From: Patescibacteria group bacterium | GTDB taxonomy: Bacteria > Patescibacteriota > Minisyncoccia > Phycocordibacterales > SIBU01 | Direction of reading: 5' to 3' | Assembly: GCA_040390045.1 (NCBI GenBank) | Contig: JAZJZC010000003.1 | Coordinates: 66,115 to 117,668 of the forward strand | Length of the DNA: 51,554 nt | Part shown: one piece after another, positions 51,337-51,554 of the stretch | Numbering within the stretch: position 1 is the stretch's first letter | Layout: every line of letters begins with the position of its first letter | Position numbers and translations under genes: made by a program | Notes under the pieces: model-generated | What the model was told of the DNA's origin: nothing | Seen by the model: the letters and a program-made list of their open reading frames with translations, nothing else | The model's database searches: none

Positions 51337-51554
51337 ATGTCGCAACGACACCCACAAAAAACAAACAAACAAAACAAAAAAATCCCTCCAACTTCCACAC
51401 CCACTTTCCACAAATCCCAAACAACCAAACCAACCCTTCCCCAATCACCAATTCCAAAACCCACCAAACCCACCTCCAACCCCACCCGCAAAACTCCACA
51501 CTCCACACTCCACACTCCACACTCCACACTCCACACTCCACACTCCACACTCCA
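51337..51554 (+). CDS. 5' part of a Pro/Thr/Lys-rich low-complexity ORF running off the window
   Basis: ATG at 51337, with aaggaaa 7 nt upstream. It is open to the window end: MSQRHPQKTNKQNKKIPPTSTPTFHKSQTTKPTLPQSPIPKPTKPTSNPTRKTPHSTLHTPHSTLH... Confidence 0.35.
   Translation, partial: MSQRHPQKTNKQNKKIPPTSTPTFHKSQTTKPTLPQSPIPKPTKPTSNPTRKTPHSTLHTPHSTLHTPHSTL
51493..51554 (+). repeat. (ACTCCAC)n heptanucleotide tandem repeat, 8.9 copies up to the window edge
   Basis: Perfect 7-nt periodicity from 51493 to the last base. Confidence 0.9.

Noticed and set aside
51131-51550. 139-aa and 92-aa ORFs on the - strand (WSVECGV repeats)
   Set aside because: They are the translated reverse complement of the heptamer array and the G-poor tract. 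The composition (Trp/Val/Cys/Gly/Phe only) is an artefact. The + strand ORF from 51337 is more plausible but is itself low confidence.
51493-51554. Telomere-like terminal repeat of a linear replicon
   Set aside because: This cannot be judged from a window edge. A short perfect heptamer array in an open frame is explained more simply as a coding or contingency repeat or an assembly break point.

Overview
The window is 51.5 kb of moderately low-G+C bacterial DNA, densely packed with short housekeeping genes on both strands. The gene set is: type IV pilus PilM/N/O, a Mur ligase, RuvA/RuvX, Fpg, S20/L19/L11, SecE-NusG-L11 with no rplA following, UppS, GalU, FolD, a MacAB-like efflux operon, a P-type ATPase, a PIF1-like helicase, ArgS, IleS and seven tRNA genes, six without encoded CCA. 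This looks like a reduced-genome bacterium of the Candidate Phyla Radiation / Patescibacteria type, which is an inference from gene content only.

Three things stand out.

(1) tRNA flank elements. Every one of the seven tRNA genes is followed by a member of one structured element family. Each member combines an inverted copy and a direct copy of that tRNA's own T-loop-to-3'-end segment with shared non-tRNA boxes: a GGTRTACTG box and a 4-bp stem with a TGTAA loop that shows compensatory changes. I cannot match this to any element class I know.

(2) Pyrimidine deoxynucleotide / one-carbon cluster. A 7.6-kb cluster (37792-45342) sits where rplA would normally follow rplK. It holds an Ndt-like gene, a Dcd-like gene, DHFR, a ThyA-like gene, a dCMP-deaminase-like gene, SHMT, two orphans, duplicated HTH genes, Tmk and Dut. 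Its thymidylate-synthase homolog has Asp at the position of E. coli Asn177, the dCMP-versus-dUMP specificity residue. Its Dcd homolog has Pro in place of the catalytic Glu. This suggests 5-modified dCMP chemistry rather than plain dTMP synthesis.

(3) Low-complexity word palindromes. They occur at gene boundaries and inserted in frame inside conserved genes (RluA-family synthase, IleS, Fpg).

Other notable points:
- IleS contains an embedded histidine-phosphatase domain.
- A TrpR-like regulator is flanked by three copies of one operator palindrome.
- An (ACTCCAC)n heptamer tract lies in an open frame at the window end.

All functional calls come from motif recognition by eye. No database search was run.
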